A DNA stretch of 58,488 nucleotides. Origin: an uncultured Bdellovibrio sp. GTDB lineage: Bacteria > Bdellovibrionota > UBA1018. Where the stretch lies: assembly GCA_964490895.1 (NCBI GenBank), contig CAZBEI010000111.1:1-58488 (forward strand). The letters run 5' to 3'. The translations under genes were made by a program, and so were the position numbers. The notes beneath the pieces were generated by a model. The model saw nothing but the letters and a program-made list of their open reading frames with translations, had not been told where the DNA came from and did no database searches. How positions within the stretch are numbered: the first letter of the stretch is position 1; each line of letters opens with the position of its first letter. Shown here one piece after another: positions 7,600-16,776 of the stretch.

Positions 7600-8481
7600 A
7601 TGTGTTGGAAACACCTCATTTTTATCCTCGTTTTAATAGGAGTAGAAAAGCCTCTTTGGGCAATTCCTAATTTTAAGCCAGATTGGATGAAATCAAAATT
7701 CTGTGAACAGCTCAATGGGTCCTATCTCAATGACCTCAAAAATAATCCCGATATTTTTTCTACAAGTTTAAACGATCAAATTTTTGTGGATTCTGGATAC
7801 TCCAATCAAAAACGCAGAGAGTATGAAAATCTTTTTAATGAATACGAGTTAAAGCAAAAAAGCGGAATCTTAGATGCTGCCGATAAGGAAGCCTATGATA
7901 ATAAGACAAGGCTTTCAAAAAGCACAATGGATGACATGAGTCGGCAACAGCAGAACAAGAAAATGGGCGAAATTAGGACAGGGCTTGACCGTGTAGGAAA
8001 ACAGTATTCTTTTGTTAAAATTTTAAAAAAACCATTTGTTATGATAGCTGGAATTTATGCTTTTTTCCTGAGAGGCCAACCCGTCAATATGAAAGTTTCT
8101 GAAAAAACAGAAATCATCGCAAAATCTGATCTCAAAACAAATCGAGGGGAGGTCCAAGTAAGTTCGTCAGCCTTGCAGGGAGGGGTAGTATATGTGGGTA
8201 AAGCTCCAGTCGAAAGAAATCCTTTTGATCCACCTCCTCAAGATTCTCTTCAAAAAGAAGAGAGATTAAAATTGTCTGTTTCAAGAGGAATTCCTCTGAT
8301 CGATGTAAAAAGTTCTCTCTCCTATGGTGCAACCACAAGCAGTGTGACTGCTGGATTAGAAAAGCAGCTCACAAAACACTTGAGCTGCTCCATGGATGCC
8401 ATGAGATCATCGAAGTACCTCAATTCCGTACAAAGAAATGGGGATGAGACCATTAAGTTTATCTACTCGATAAATTTCTAA
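7600..8481 (+). CDS. Hypothetical secreted / outer-membrane-associated protein
   Basis: Signal peptide MCWKHLIFILVLIGVEKPLWA. C-terminus KFIYSINF resembles an OMP beta-signal with terminal Phe. No family recognised. Confidence 0.55.
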   Translation: MCWKHLIFILVLIGVEKPLWAIPNFKPDWMKSKFCEQLNGSYLNDLKNNPDIFSTSLNDQIFVDSGYSNQKRREYENLFNEYELKQKSGILDAADKEAYDNKTRLSKSTMDDMSRQQQNKKMGEIRTGLDRVGKQYSFVKILKKPFVMIAGIYAFFLRGQPVNMKVSEKTEIIAKSDLKTNRGEVQVSSSALQGGVVYVGKAPVERNPFDPPPQDSLQKEERLKLSVSRGIPLIDVKSSLSYGATTSSVTAGLEKQLTKHLSCSMDAMRSSKYLNSVQRNGDETIKFIYSINF

Positions 8482-10868
8482 TCAAACTCCACCACTGTAG
8501 CGCCGGCTCCACCTGCCCCCGGACCCCCGTCTTTATAAGATTTAATGTAAGGAAGAGTCCCCAAAAGTTTGCGTGTATTTTCTCGAATGGCACCGCTGCC
8601 AAGTCCATGCACAATTGTCACTTGGGCTAAAATTCCACAGCGATAGGCTTGATCTAAGTAATGTTCCAGTTTTGTCAAAGCTTCGTCAAGCCTCAGACCT
8701 CTCAGATCGATTTCCGGCTCTGGAGCTGCGGGTCGATTTTGATCAAGCATTTTGACATTCGATTTCCTGGTCTTTTCTTGTGGGGCAGGTTCGAGTTCAT
8801 TCAAAAAAACACTCATCTGAAGATTGCCCATTGCCACTTTAGCTTTATTGCCATGGATTTCTAAAACTGTCGCAAAGCTTTTCCACTTGGGCAGCTTTAC
8901 TTGAACGCCCACTTTATAATCAGAATGGATTTCGGATGATGGAGGAGACGCGGAAAGGAGAGCTGCAATTTCTGGTGCTTCTTGGGTCAATGTGTCTTCT
9001 ATATTTTTTGTGGCTAAAGTAAAATCTTGATTGAGGGTGTTTCGAGTTTGATCGATTTCTTTTCTAGATTTTATTTCATCTAATTTTTGTACTTTTGCCC
9101 TCACTTCATCCTGAGCTTGTTCTAAAATTCTACGTAATTTTTGGCGCGTACGATCCATTAAGTCATTGAGGGAAGTCCTTGTTCTCTCGGTCCACTCTTC
9201 CTTCATACCAAGGGCTTCTTTTTCTAAACGCTCAGCCTCCTTTTTGGCCGAACTCAAAGAATGGGCGTCATGTTCAAGTTTGGCTAAAAGTTGCTCAAAT
9301 TTTACTTGGTCTTTGGACAAATAGCTTTTCGCAAGCTCTAGGACTTCTTTAGGAAAACCTAATTTTTCGGCTGTTTCTAAGGCTCGAGATCGTCCTATAA
9401 CTCCAAAGTTTAATTTGAAGGTGGGAGACTTTGAGTTTTCATCAAAAGATAAACTTACATTTAAGATCCGAGGATCAGAAGTCGCGTTTGCTTTGAGGTA
9501 GGGGTCATGAGTGGTTGCAACGACCATGGCTCCTTTGTTCATGAGAGTTTCTAAGAAAGCTCTTCCTATTGCCGCACCCTCACTTGGATCTGTAGCGGTG
9601 TTGAGTTCGTCAATGAGAACTAAACTGTCTTTGGTAAAATTATCTAAAATCTCTTTGAATTTAAGGATATGACCTGAAAAACTAGAGAGATGTTCTTCGA
9701 TGGATTGAGGGTCGCCTAGATCTGCAAAAATCTGATCAAAGAAGGGAACAGTGGGCATCGTTGAATTTGGGAATGGAAATCCCGTTTTAGCACAAAGACT
9801 TGCCAATCCAAGGGCTTTGAGTAAAACTGTTTTTCCACCCGTGTTCGGGCCTGTCAGCAAGAGTGTGTAAGTGGGATCTGAAAAATAAATACTGTTGCGG
9901 ACGATGGTCTCTGGCGGGAGTGATTTCCAAAGAAACGGATGAGCCGTTTGCGAAAGTTCCCACTTTTTTTCTGACGTGACGTGAATTGGTTTCCCGCTTA
10001 TCTTTCGGCCCAATATTGCCTTTGCCCCGACACTGTCCCAGTGAGCAAGGATGCTGACTCCAAGACGGATATCACCTGAGAAAAGGTAAAGCTTTTCTGA
10101 TGTTTTCTTTAAAACATTAAAAATTTCTTCGAGGAGTGCATTTTCTTTTTGTTTGAGCGCATTGTTAAGAGGCGTGATTTCTTTGGGTTCAATATAAACG
10201 GTTTGTTTACTGACAGAGGCCTCGTGTGTGATCCCAGCGATTTCATTTTGAGCTGATATTTTAACAGGTATAACGACTCTTCCGTCTCTCGTGTCACTGT
10301 ATTGTCCTTGCAATATTCCCTTTTGAAAATAAATTTGAATTAAACTCTGAACCGTCGTACTCATTTCTTTTTTAAGGGACCTGATTTCTGAAAAAAGAAC
10401 AGTTAAAGTAGGAGATGCTTTTTCTGAAATTTCGTTTTGAGGCGTTAGAACATGTTCGATGATTTTGAGAGGCTCCAGTGGATCGGGAAGCAGTGAAAGC
10501 GATTTTTTAAGTTTTTCGCCACGAATTTCTTGTCTCGGAATGAGACTCCAAGACTCCATGGCTATCAACCAAGACCTGAGCAGACCTAGGTCTAGAACTT
10601 CTAAAACTGTTTTCTTGGAGAGCAAGTCTATTGTTTGAGTAGGATCTAAAAGATCCTGCAGAGGATCCCACAGTGCCCGTCTGTCTAACAGGGGGAAAAT
10701 GTCCTGTAATTCTTGCTGAAGATTTTTTGCAGTCTCAATGTCTTTGGCCCAGTTTTGCCTTAGTTTCAAACTTTCAAGGTGGTGACGAGCAGGTTCTGAA
10801 TAAGCTTCATCTCTGGCAAGGTCAACCAGCTGGGGCCATTCTAAAGTAGATTCTAAAGTTTTTTCCAC
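8478..10868 (-). CDS. mutS2: Endonuclease MutS2 (MutS-II ATPase with C-terminal Smr domain)
   Basis: Walker A LLLTGPNTGGKT. C-terminal Smr motifs IDLRGLRLDEA and VTIVHGLGSGAIR. Confidence 0.95.
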   Translation of the reverse strand: MEKTLESTLEWPQLVDLARDEAYSEPARHHLESLKLRQNWAKDIETAKNLQQELQDIFPLLDRRALWDPLQDLLDPTQTIDLLSKKTVLEVLDLGLLRSWLIAMESWSLIPRQEIRGEKLKKSLSLLPDPLEPLKIIEHVLTPQNEISEKASPTLTVLFSEIRSLKKEMSTTVQSLIQIYFQKGILQGQYSDTRDGRVVIPVKISAQNEIAGITHEASVSKQTVYIEPKEITPLNNALKQKENALLEEIFNVLKKTSEKLYLFSGDIRLGVSILAHWDSVGAKAILGRKISGKPIHVTSEKKWELSQTAHPFLWKSLPPETIVRNSIYFSDPTYTLLLTGPNTGGKTVLLKALGLASLCAKTGFPFPNSTMPTVPFFDQIFADLGDPQSIEEHLSSFSGHILKFKEILDNFTKDSLVLIDELNTATDPSEGAAIGRAFLETLMNKGAMVVATTHDPYLKANATSDPRILNVSLSFDENSKSPTFKLNFGVIGRSRALETAEKLGFPKEVLELAKSYLSKDQVKFEQLLAKLEHDAHSLSSAKKEAERLEKEALGMKEEWTERTRTSLNDLMDRTRQKLRRILEQAQDEVRAKVQKLDEIKSRKEIDQTRNTLNQDFTLATKNIEDTLTQEAPEIAALLSASPPSSEIHSDYKVGVQVKLPKWKSFATVLEIHGNKAKVAMGNLQMSVFLNELEPAPQEKTRKSNVKMLDQNRPAAPEPEIDLRGLRLDEALTKLEHYLDQAYRCGILAQVTIVHGLGSGAIRENTRKLLGTLPYIKSYKDGGPGAGGAGATVVEFD

Positions 10869-10876
10869 ATCATGCC

Positions 10877-11254
10877 CTAAAAGTGTGAAAAGCTAGAAGA
10901 TGTCTCAGTATAATACTCTGTTGGAATTTTCACTTTCATGGCTTGGCTCCAGAGTGCCTCTAAGTCAAAATAATCTCTGAGCATGTCTTGGAAAACATGA
11001 ACGATGACATCTCCATAATCGAGTAAAACCCATCTACCTTCGGAGTATCCTTCGATGTTCAGGGGTTTTATTTTTTGTTTTGAGAGAAATGCCTCGATCG
11101 AATCTGAAATAGCTTTAACCTGTCGATCAGAGTTTCCGTTGCAAAGAATAAAAAAATCAGTAAAGCAAGAGAGTTTGGAGAGGTCCAAAATTACAAGTTT
11201 TTCTGCCTTTTTTTCCAATGCTGCTTTGGCGCAAAGAAGTGCTGTAGTGGTCAT
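10877..11254 (-). CDS. rsfS: Ribosomal silencing factor RsfS (Iojap)
   Basis: Motifs FTDFFILCNGNSDRQVKAI and WVLLDYGDVIVHVF. nadD-rsfS synteny. Confidence 0.9.
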   Translation of the reverse strand: MTTTALLCAKAALEKKAEKLVILDLSKLSCFTDFFILCNGNSDRQVKAISDSIEAFLSKQKIKPLNIEGYSEGRWVLLDYGDVIVHVFQDMLRDYFDLEALWSQAMKVKIPTEYYTETSSSFSHF

Positions 11255-11922
11255 GATGGATGTGTACCATAGAGTTGGTGACGTATCAAATAGCTTAAAA
11301 CTTCGTCAGTGAGGGTGCCAGGAGGCGGATTTCCAACCTTTGCAATCTGTTCTCGAATTTCCGTAGAAGAAATATCTGGAGCTAATGTAGACACTCGCTT
11401 TAAAAAAGTATGTGAATTTTTTAAAACCCAAAGTTCTGGTTTGTGTGTTTTTTTTGCAAGCTGGGAGGACTCCCATTTTTGTAAAGTGATCTCGGATTGT
11501 GCTCTTCCATGTGGGTTTCTCTCTAAAATAATCCAGTTGCACAAAGTTAAGATTTCTGGAAAATGCCGCCAAGTGTGCAATATCTCAAGTTGATCTGACC
11601 CAATGACAAAGGCAATCTCAGGAGGGTATTTTTGCTTAAGAGCTAATATCGTTTCAAAAGCATAGGTGGGTTGATCTTGAGGACGTTCGATTTCGCAAAG
11701 ATCCATTTCAATTTTATTTTTTATAAAAGTGAGTTTTGTCATTTCAATTCGATGCTCAATAGAAACCCCATTTTTCTTCTGCGGAGGAACTGCTGAGGGC
11801 ACCAGCACAACTTTTTTGAGCCCAGGATTTTTGTAAAGTCCAAGCACCGCTTGAAGATGCCCAACATGAGGAGGGTCAAATGTACCACCAAAAAGTCCGG
11901 TGACTTTACTCCACTCGAGCAT
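11251..11922 (-). CDS. nadD: Nicotinate-nucleotide adenylyltransferase
   Basis: GGTFDPPHVGH motif. ATGA-type overlap with rsfS. Confidence 0.9.
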   Translation of the reverse strand: MLEWSKVTGLFGGTFDPPHVGHLQAVLGLYKNPGLKKVVLVPSAVPPQKKNGVSIEHRIEMTKLTFIKNKIEMDLCEIERPQDQPTYAFETILALKQKYPPEIAFVIGSDQLEILHTWRHFPEILTLCNWIILERNPHGRAQSEITLQKWESSQLAKKTHKPELWVLKNSHTFLKRVSTLAPDISSTEIREQIAKVGNPPPGTLTDEVLSYLIRHQLYGTHPS

Positions 11923-12979
11923 GGAGAGTCTCTAAGCCGCGCTGGGCGTTTAAAGTCAAGTATGCAGCATGGATGAGTTCTTTGAGATGATCTCCCGTTG
12001 CTGCCGAAATAAGAAATGGGGTTTGAGTTTTTGTTTTTTGTTTGAAAATTTTTTTTATTTTTTCTGCCGTTTTAGGTTCAAAAGAAAACAGATCCGATTT
12101 GTTGATGGCAATGATTTCTTTTTTATCTAATAAATCAGGATGAAATTCTTTTAATTCTTTTCGAAGCACACGGTAGTTTTTAATGAGCTTTGTAATCCCA
12201 GTGTCAATATCTTCGTGGAGTTCTGAGATGAGTTCTGATCCATCCAGAAGATGGATTAAAACCCGGGTTCTCTCAATGTGTTTCAAAAAACGATGCCCAA
12301 GTCCCAGTCCTTTTGAGGCACCCTCGATGACTCCAGGGATGTCTGCAATCACAAAGCTTTGAAACTCAGAAATAAAAACCACCCCAAGATTCGGGGTCAA
12401 CGTCGTAAAAGCATAATCTGCTATTTTAGGTTTGGATCGGCTCACTTTAGAAATGAGAGTCGATTTTCCAGTATTTGGAAATCCAATAATTCCAACGTCA
12501 GCTAAAAGCTTAAGTTCTAAAGTGAGTTCCTTGCTTTCACCCTCTTCGCCATCCTGTGCAAATCTGGGGGCTTGGTAGGTAGAGCTTGTAAAATGTGTGT
12601 TTCCTTTTCCGCCTCTTCCACCCTTGCATGCAACATAGGTTTGTCCATCTTGACTGAAATCCATCAAGATTTTGCCCGTGTGGGTTTCCTTCATGAGAGT
12701 TCCAACTGGAACTTTAATAAGAATGCTTTTCCCGTCTCTTCCAGCTTTATTTGCACCAGAGCCATAGGCCCCCTTCGGAGCTTCTACAACTCGTTTGTAA
12801 CGAAAATCTTGCAAGGTACTGAGTTGAGAGTGTGCTATAAATGAGACGTCACCACCATCTCCACCATCTCCACCATCAGGGCCTCCCTTGGGGATAAATT
12901 TTTCTCTTCGAAAGCTCACTGCTCCAGGGCCGCCATGGCCTGCCTTCACTTTAATTTTAGCCTCGTCTATGAAACGCAT
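11906..12979 (-). CDS. obg: GTPase Obg/CgtA
   Basis: N-terminal FIDEAKIKVKAGHGGPGAVSFRREKF and GGDGGDGG. G1 motif GFPNTGKST. Confidence 0.95.
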   Translation of the reverse strand: MRFIDEAKIKVKAGHGGPGAVSFRREKFIPKGGPDGGDGGDGGDVSFIAHSQLSTLQDFRYKRVVEAPKGAYGSGANKAGRDGKSILIKVPVGTLMKETHTGKILMDFSQDGQTYVACKGGRGGKGNTHFTSSTYQAPRFAQDGEEGESKELTLELKLLADVGIIGFPNTGKSTLISKVSRSKPKIADYAFTTLTPNLGVVFISEFQSFVIADIPGVIEGASKGLGLGHRFLKHIERTRVLIHLLDGSELISELHEDIDTGITKLIKNYRVLRKELKEFHPDLLDKKEIIAINKSDLFSFEPKTAEKIKKIFKQKTKTQTPFLISAATGDHLKELIHAAYLTLNAQRGLETLHARVE

Positions 12980-13059
12980 AAATGTGGGTTGTTTATACTT
13001 GAAGTCCAGGAAAAATGCACTCGTAAAAAAAATTTACCCCACTGTGGTTGTTTTAACTT

Positions 13060-14559
13060 TTATAGAGATTTCCCAGAGAATTGGCAACGAAAAAGACTCC
13101 AGTTGCTAACCCGATCCAGCAGTCTAAAGAGATTAAACTTCTCAATCCATTCAGGAAGGGCGCGAAACTGGGGGGTGCAGAATTTTTCGACCTCTGCGGC
13201 TCCTGGGCTACCCGGAGAAAGATGGGTATGGGTGGAAAAAAGATAAAGAGGTCCCCTCTGGGAGCCAATTTGCTTCAGAAAAGCTTCATAGCTTGGAATC
13301 TGAGTCGTCGTTAAATAAGATCGCCGATAAAAATAGATCCTGCCGCCCAAGGGTTGAAAGGGGTGGTTATCCTTATAAAAAATTTCAAGCGGGATCCCCT
13401 CTTGAAATTCATACAGTTTTTCTTGAAACCGAACTGGCGCCCAAGCCGGTGTCAAACAAAGTGAAATCAACGCAATCACATTTACCCCGACCAATGCTTT
13501 AGCAGGCCAACGCAAAAACGGAGATAAAAAAGAAACCCCCTCAATACCCAGAATCAATAAAACGGGGCCAGCGCTGAGCATTGGAAACAAAAATCGCAAT
13601 TCTTTATGTCCAATCACTACATGTACCAAGAAAAATGGAAGTGTGCTCCAAGTGAGAATATTGAGTGGATTTCTAATCCATGAGATAGGCAAACTCACTA
13701 TGAGGAGAAATCCTAGCAGTGGCCAAGCTTCTGTAAATGAGCTCCTAAAAAAATCCCACCAAGGTCTCACGCCACCCTCTGAGATATGATTTTCGATCAG
13801 ATTAAATAGGACATAGTTTTTTGGTGAAAAGGTCCACTGGCCATATCCCCATCGATCCAAGACAGTTCCCAGAGCACAAGAAAGGAATATCCCTCCAACG
13901 ATGACCCCCCAGGATTTGAGAGGAACTCTCCCAATGAGCAAGAGCCAGGCCATAACTCCTAAAACCATGAATCCTGTTTGAAACCTGAACTCAAAAGCCA
14001 ATCCGAAAAGAATTCCGATGCCAAACGTATTCCAAACTGATATTTGACCTCGAATTTGGAGCAGGAGGTAGGCCCAACACATTCCTAGAAAGAAAATGGA
14101 ACCGCTCAGATTCTCAGACGAGTGACGTGCATGAAAGGATGGAAGACACCAAAGTGTCGCAAGAGCAATGACTGCCCATTTGCGCCTTTCTAAATTTTTA
14201 AACCAAAATGGACAGCAAAACATAAGCGCTGCGGTGCTTAGCCATCCAATCATGGCCGAGAATATCCGAAAGCCCATAGCCCACTGAAATGGGTTTTCTA
14301 TTTTCAGTGCTGAGAGTCCCTTAACTAAGCTTAAATAGAGAGCTGGCTGAACCCAGGAACGAATCATCCGAGCAAACTCACAAGGGAGATCAGATACTGG
14401 GGTTTTTCCTAATTTAAAGTTGAGAAACTCGAGAATCTGAAAATGCTCATCAGGATGATAAAATCCAGAGCTAAAGATCGCTGCCAAAAAATGTAAACCA
14501 GCGCTGATACAAAGCCAGCGAAAAAGAAACCGGGTCCACTCTTTTGACACCAGGTTCAC
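13060..14559 (-). CDS. GT-C membrane glycosyltransferase, GT22-like (ALG9/PIG-B-type mannosyltransferase family)
   Basis: About 11-12 TM segments. Signature YHPDEHFQILEF in the first loop (the HPDE-x-FQ motif of family GT22). Confidence 0.7.
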   Translation of the reverse strand: MNLVSKEWTRFLFRWLCISAGLHFLAAIFSSGFYHPDEHFQILEFLNFKLGKTPVSDLPCEFARMIRSWVQPALYLSLVKGLSALKIENPFQWAMGFRIFSAMIGWLSTAALMFCCPFWFKNLERRKWAVIALATLWCLPSFHARHSSENLSGSIFFLGMCWAYLLLQIRGQISVWNTFGIGILFGLAFEFRFQTGFMVLGVMAWLLLIGRVPLKSWGVIVGGIFLSCALGTVLDRWGYGQWTFSPKNYVLFNLIENHISEGGVRPWWDFFRSSFTEAWPLLGFLLIVSLPISWIRNPLNILTWSTLPFFLVHVVIGHKELRFLFPMLSAGPVLLILGIEGVSFLSPFLRWPAKALVGVNVIALISLCLTPAWAPVRFQEKLYEFQEGIPLEIFYKDNHPFQPLGGRIYFYRRSYLTTTQIPSYEAFLKQIGSQRGPLYLFSTHTHLSPGSPGAAEVEKFCTPQFRALPEWIEKFNLFRLLDRVSNWSLFRCQFSGKSL

Positions 14560-15917
14560 CCCTCCGTGAGGTTTGCTTTTTCAATAAGGAAATGAAAAGT
14601 TTTGTCTTCCATCAGTCTGTAGGCCAAGTTTTCTAAACGGGCAGGTTCTTCGTTATAATAATTTTTGAGGTGTTCCTCGTCTAATTTCATTGAGGTCGCC
14701 ATCGTTTTAATTTCTTGATTCACTTCTGTGGGTTCTACAGTGATTTTTTCTTTGTTGGCGATAGACTCTAGCAACAGAGAAGCTTTGACTTGAATCTCGG
14801 CTTTTTTTGCAAGAGTTGGCAAGCTCTCTTCAAGGTGTTTTTTGATTTCTTCTTCTTTGAGCCCGTCTTCTTTGAGGTCATGGGCCAACGTCTGTGCTAA
14901 ATGGCGAACCTGTGACTGAATGAGAGCCATGGGAACTTCGAATTTATTTTTCTCTAAAAGGTGTTTTAAAATTTCGCTCCTTATTTTTTGATCCGCTTGC
15001 CTTAATTTTTCTTTCGAGACAAAGTCTCTCGCTTTTACTCGTAAGTCTAAAACACTTTCGTATCCCATTTGCTTAGCAAACTCGTCATTGAGATCGGGGA
15101 GTTTTTTTTCAGAAATTTCATGCACGGTGACCGTAAACTCGGCTTCTTTGCCTGCGACTTCTTTGGCATGGTAGTCCTTTGGAAACTGCAAACGAAATGT
15201 TCTTGTTTCACCACGGTTCATGCCCACGAGCTCATCTTCGAAGCCTGGGATAAGTCCCTGTGCGCCGATCTCAACACGCTGTTTTCCATTCAGTCCGTCA
15301 AAATCTTGGAGTCCATTTTCTGTAACTAATTTTCCAATATAACTCAATTCTACATGGTCTTTGTTTCTCAGAGATCGAGAGGAATTTGAGCCATCAGCCA
15401 ACAGGAGTCCTCCAGAGGCTGGACTAAATTCTGCTTTTGAGTTCTGCAATCCAGTAATGACATTTTCAACATCGTTATCCGTCACTTCTGTCTTTTCTTT
15501 TTTCAAGGAAATTCCGAGGTAATTTTTTATTTCGACTTCTGGCATTATTTCTACTGTTGCGACGTAATTTAAATCTGACCCCTCCTGAAAGTGGTGGTCA
15601 TGTTCAGCCTGTCCCTCTTTTTTTCCCAGCTCTTCTATCTTTGGGCTCCCGACAACTTTCAATTTTTCGTTATCGATGGCCTGACTCAAGGACTCCTCTA
15701 TGAGTTCGTGAAAAATCCGATGTTTGATGTCTTCGCCATAAGTTTGTTTAACTATTGCCAGAGGAACAAAGCCTGGCCGAAAACCTTTCATTTTTGCTGT
15801 TTTTTGAATTTCTAAATACTTCCTTTCGAGATGCTCACCCACAGTTGCCGCTGAGATACATACTGCAAATTTTCGAAGTATATTTGAAGTCTTTTCTACT
15901 TTTACTTTAAATTCCAT
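14556..15917 (-). CDS. tig: Trigger factor
   Basis: N-terminal ribosome-binding region with GFRPGFVP and a central FKBP-like PPIase segment. 453 aa. Confidence 0.95.
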   Translation of the reverse strand: MEFKVKVEKTSNILRKFAVCISAATVGEHLERKYLEIQKTAKMKGFRPGFVPLAIVKQTYGEDIKHRIFHELIEESLSQAIDNEKLKVVGSPKIEELGKKEGQAEHDHHFQEGSDLNYVATVEIMPEVEIKNYLGISLKKEKTEVTDNDVENVITGLQNSKAEFSPASGGLLLADGSNSSRSLRNKDHVELSYIGKLVTENGLQDFDGLNGKQRVEIGAQGLIPGFEDELVGMNRGETRTFRLQFPKDYHAKEVAGKEAEFTVTVHEISEKKLPDLNDEFAKQMGYESVLDLRVKARDFVSKEKLRQADQKIRSEILKHLLEKNKFEVPMALIQSQVRHLAQTLAHDLKEDGLKEEEIKKHLEESLPTLAKKAEIQVKASLLLESIANKEKITVEPTEVNQEIKTMATSMKLDEEHLKNYYNEEPARLENLAYRLMEDKTFHFLIEKANLTEG

Positions 15918-15983
15918 AACTTAGCTCCGTATTGTTTGGGTTCCATAATGAGCAACATAGTTGATCTTTTTACTGAAAGAAAG

Positions 15984-16772
15984 CTAAAAATCCACGTACC
16001 AAACACGCTCCAACCAAAGTCCTCTCCCTGGCGCAGTAGGTCCAACAAGGGAGCGTTTCTTTGAATCCAGGATCTTTTCGAATAGATCCGGGGGTCTTCT
16101 TTCTTCGCCAATCTGCAAAAGAGTACCCACAATCCCTCTTACCATTTGCTTTAAAAATCCAGAACCTACAACCCTGACTTGCACTAATCCAAACTGAGAA
16201 TCTACACAAAGCGGAAATGAAATAGGAACCCATTTGACGTCAGCTTCTAAAATTTCTCTCACCGTACTGCCTGGCTTAGAACCGGAAGCTTGAAGAGCTT
16301 TAAAATCATGCTTTCCACATAGGATTTGAAGGGCTTGGTGCATTCTTTTTATATTTAATTTTTTTCGAATCCACCAACTATAGGGTTCAAGGTGTGGGAG
16401 CGCACAGGGCCCTTGTTGAAAGTAGTAGCTGTATTGTTTTTTTAGAGCATTTTTTTGAGAATGAAAGTTCGCTGCCATTTTTTTGATTTCTAAAATCTGA
16501 ATGTCTTTTGGAAGAAGCGCGTTGAGGCCCTTTTGCAAAATATCTAAATCCCATTCCTTTTTTTTAAAAGTAAAATGCACCACTTGCCCAGTCGCATGCA
16601 CTCCGGCATCTGTTCTACCGCTGGCGACAAAAGAACCTTCTTCTTGAGTCATTTGTATGATTGTCTTTTCTAGGATTTCTTGAATGCTCATGTGCTCGGA
16701 ATCCGGCTTTTGCCGCTGCCAACCGCAATAGTTGGTACCCAAGTAGGAGAGCCTAAAAGCGTATCTCTGCAT
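15984..16772 (-). CDS. truA: tRNA pseudouridine(38-40) synthase TruA
   Basis: Motifs RLSYLGTNYCGWQRQ and GRTDAGVHA. Start moved to the ATG at 16772 (MQRYAF...), 4 nt after the upstream stop. Confidence 0.9.
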   Translation of the reverse strand: MQRYAFRLSYLGTNYCGWQRQKPDSEHMSIQEILEKTIIQMTQEEGSFVASGRTDAGVHATGQVVHFTFKKKEWDLDILQKGLNALLPKDIQILEIKKMAANFHSQKNALKKQYSYYFQQGPCALPHLEPYSWWIRKKLNIKRMHQALQILCGKHDFKALQASGSKPGSTVREILEADVKWVPISFPLCVDSQFGLVQVRVVGSGFLKQMVRGIVGTLLQIGEERRPPDLFEKILDSKKRSLVGPTAPGRGLWLERVWYVDF

Positions 16773-16776
16773 AGAG

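Noticed and set aside
12888-13314. Plus-strand ORFs (73, 103 and 77 aa) across the obg start and GT22 end
   Set aside because: They are antisense to obg and GT22 or cross the 80-bp gap, and they have no RBS or motif.
15902-16233. 76- and 87-aa minus-strand ORFs around the tig-truA junction
   Set aside because: These are alternative frames of the truA 3' region and the short intergenic gap. The truA frame carries the conserved motifs.
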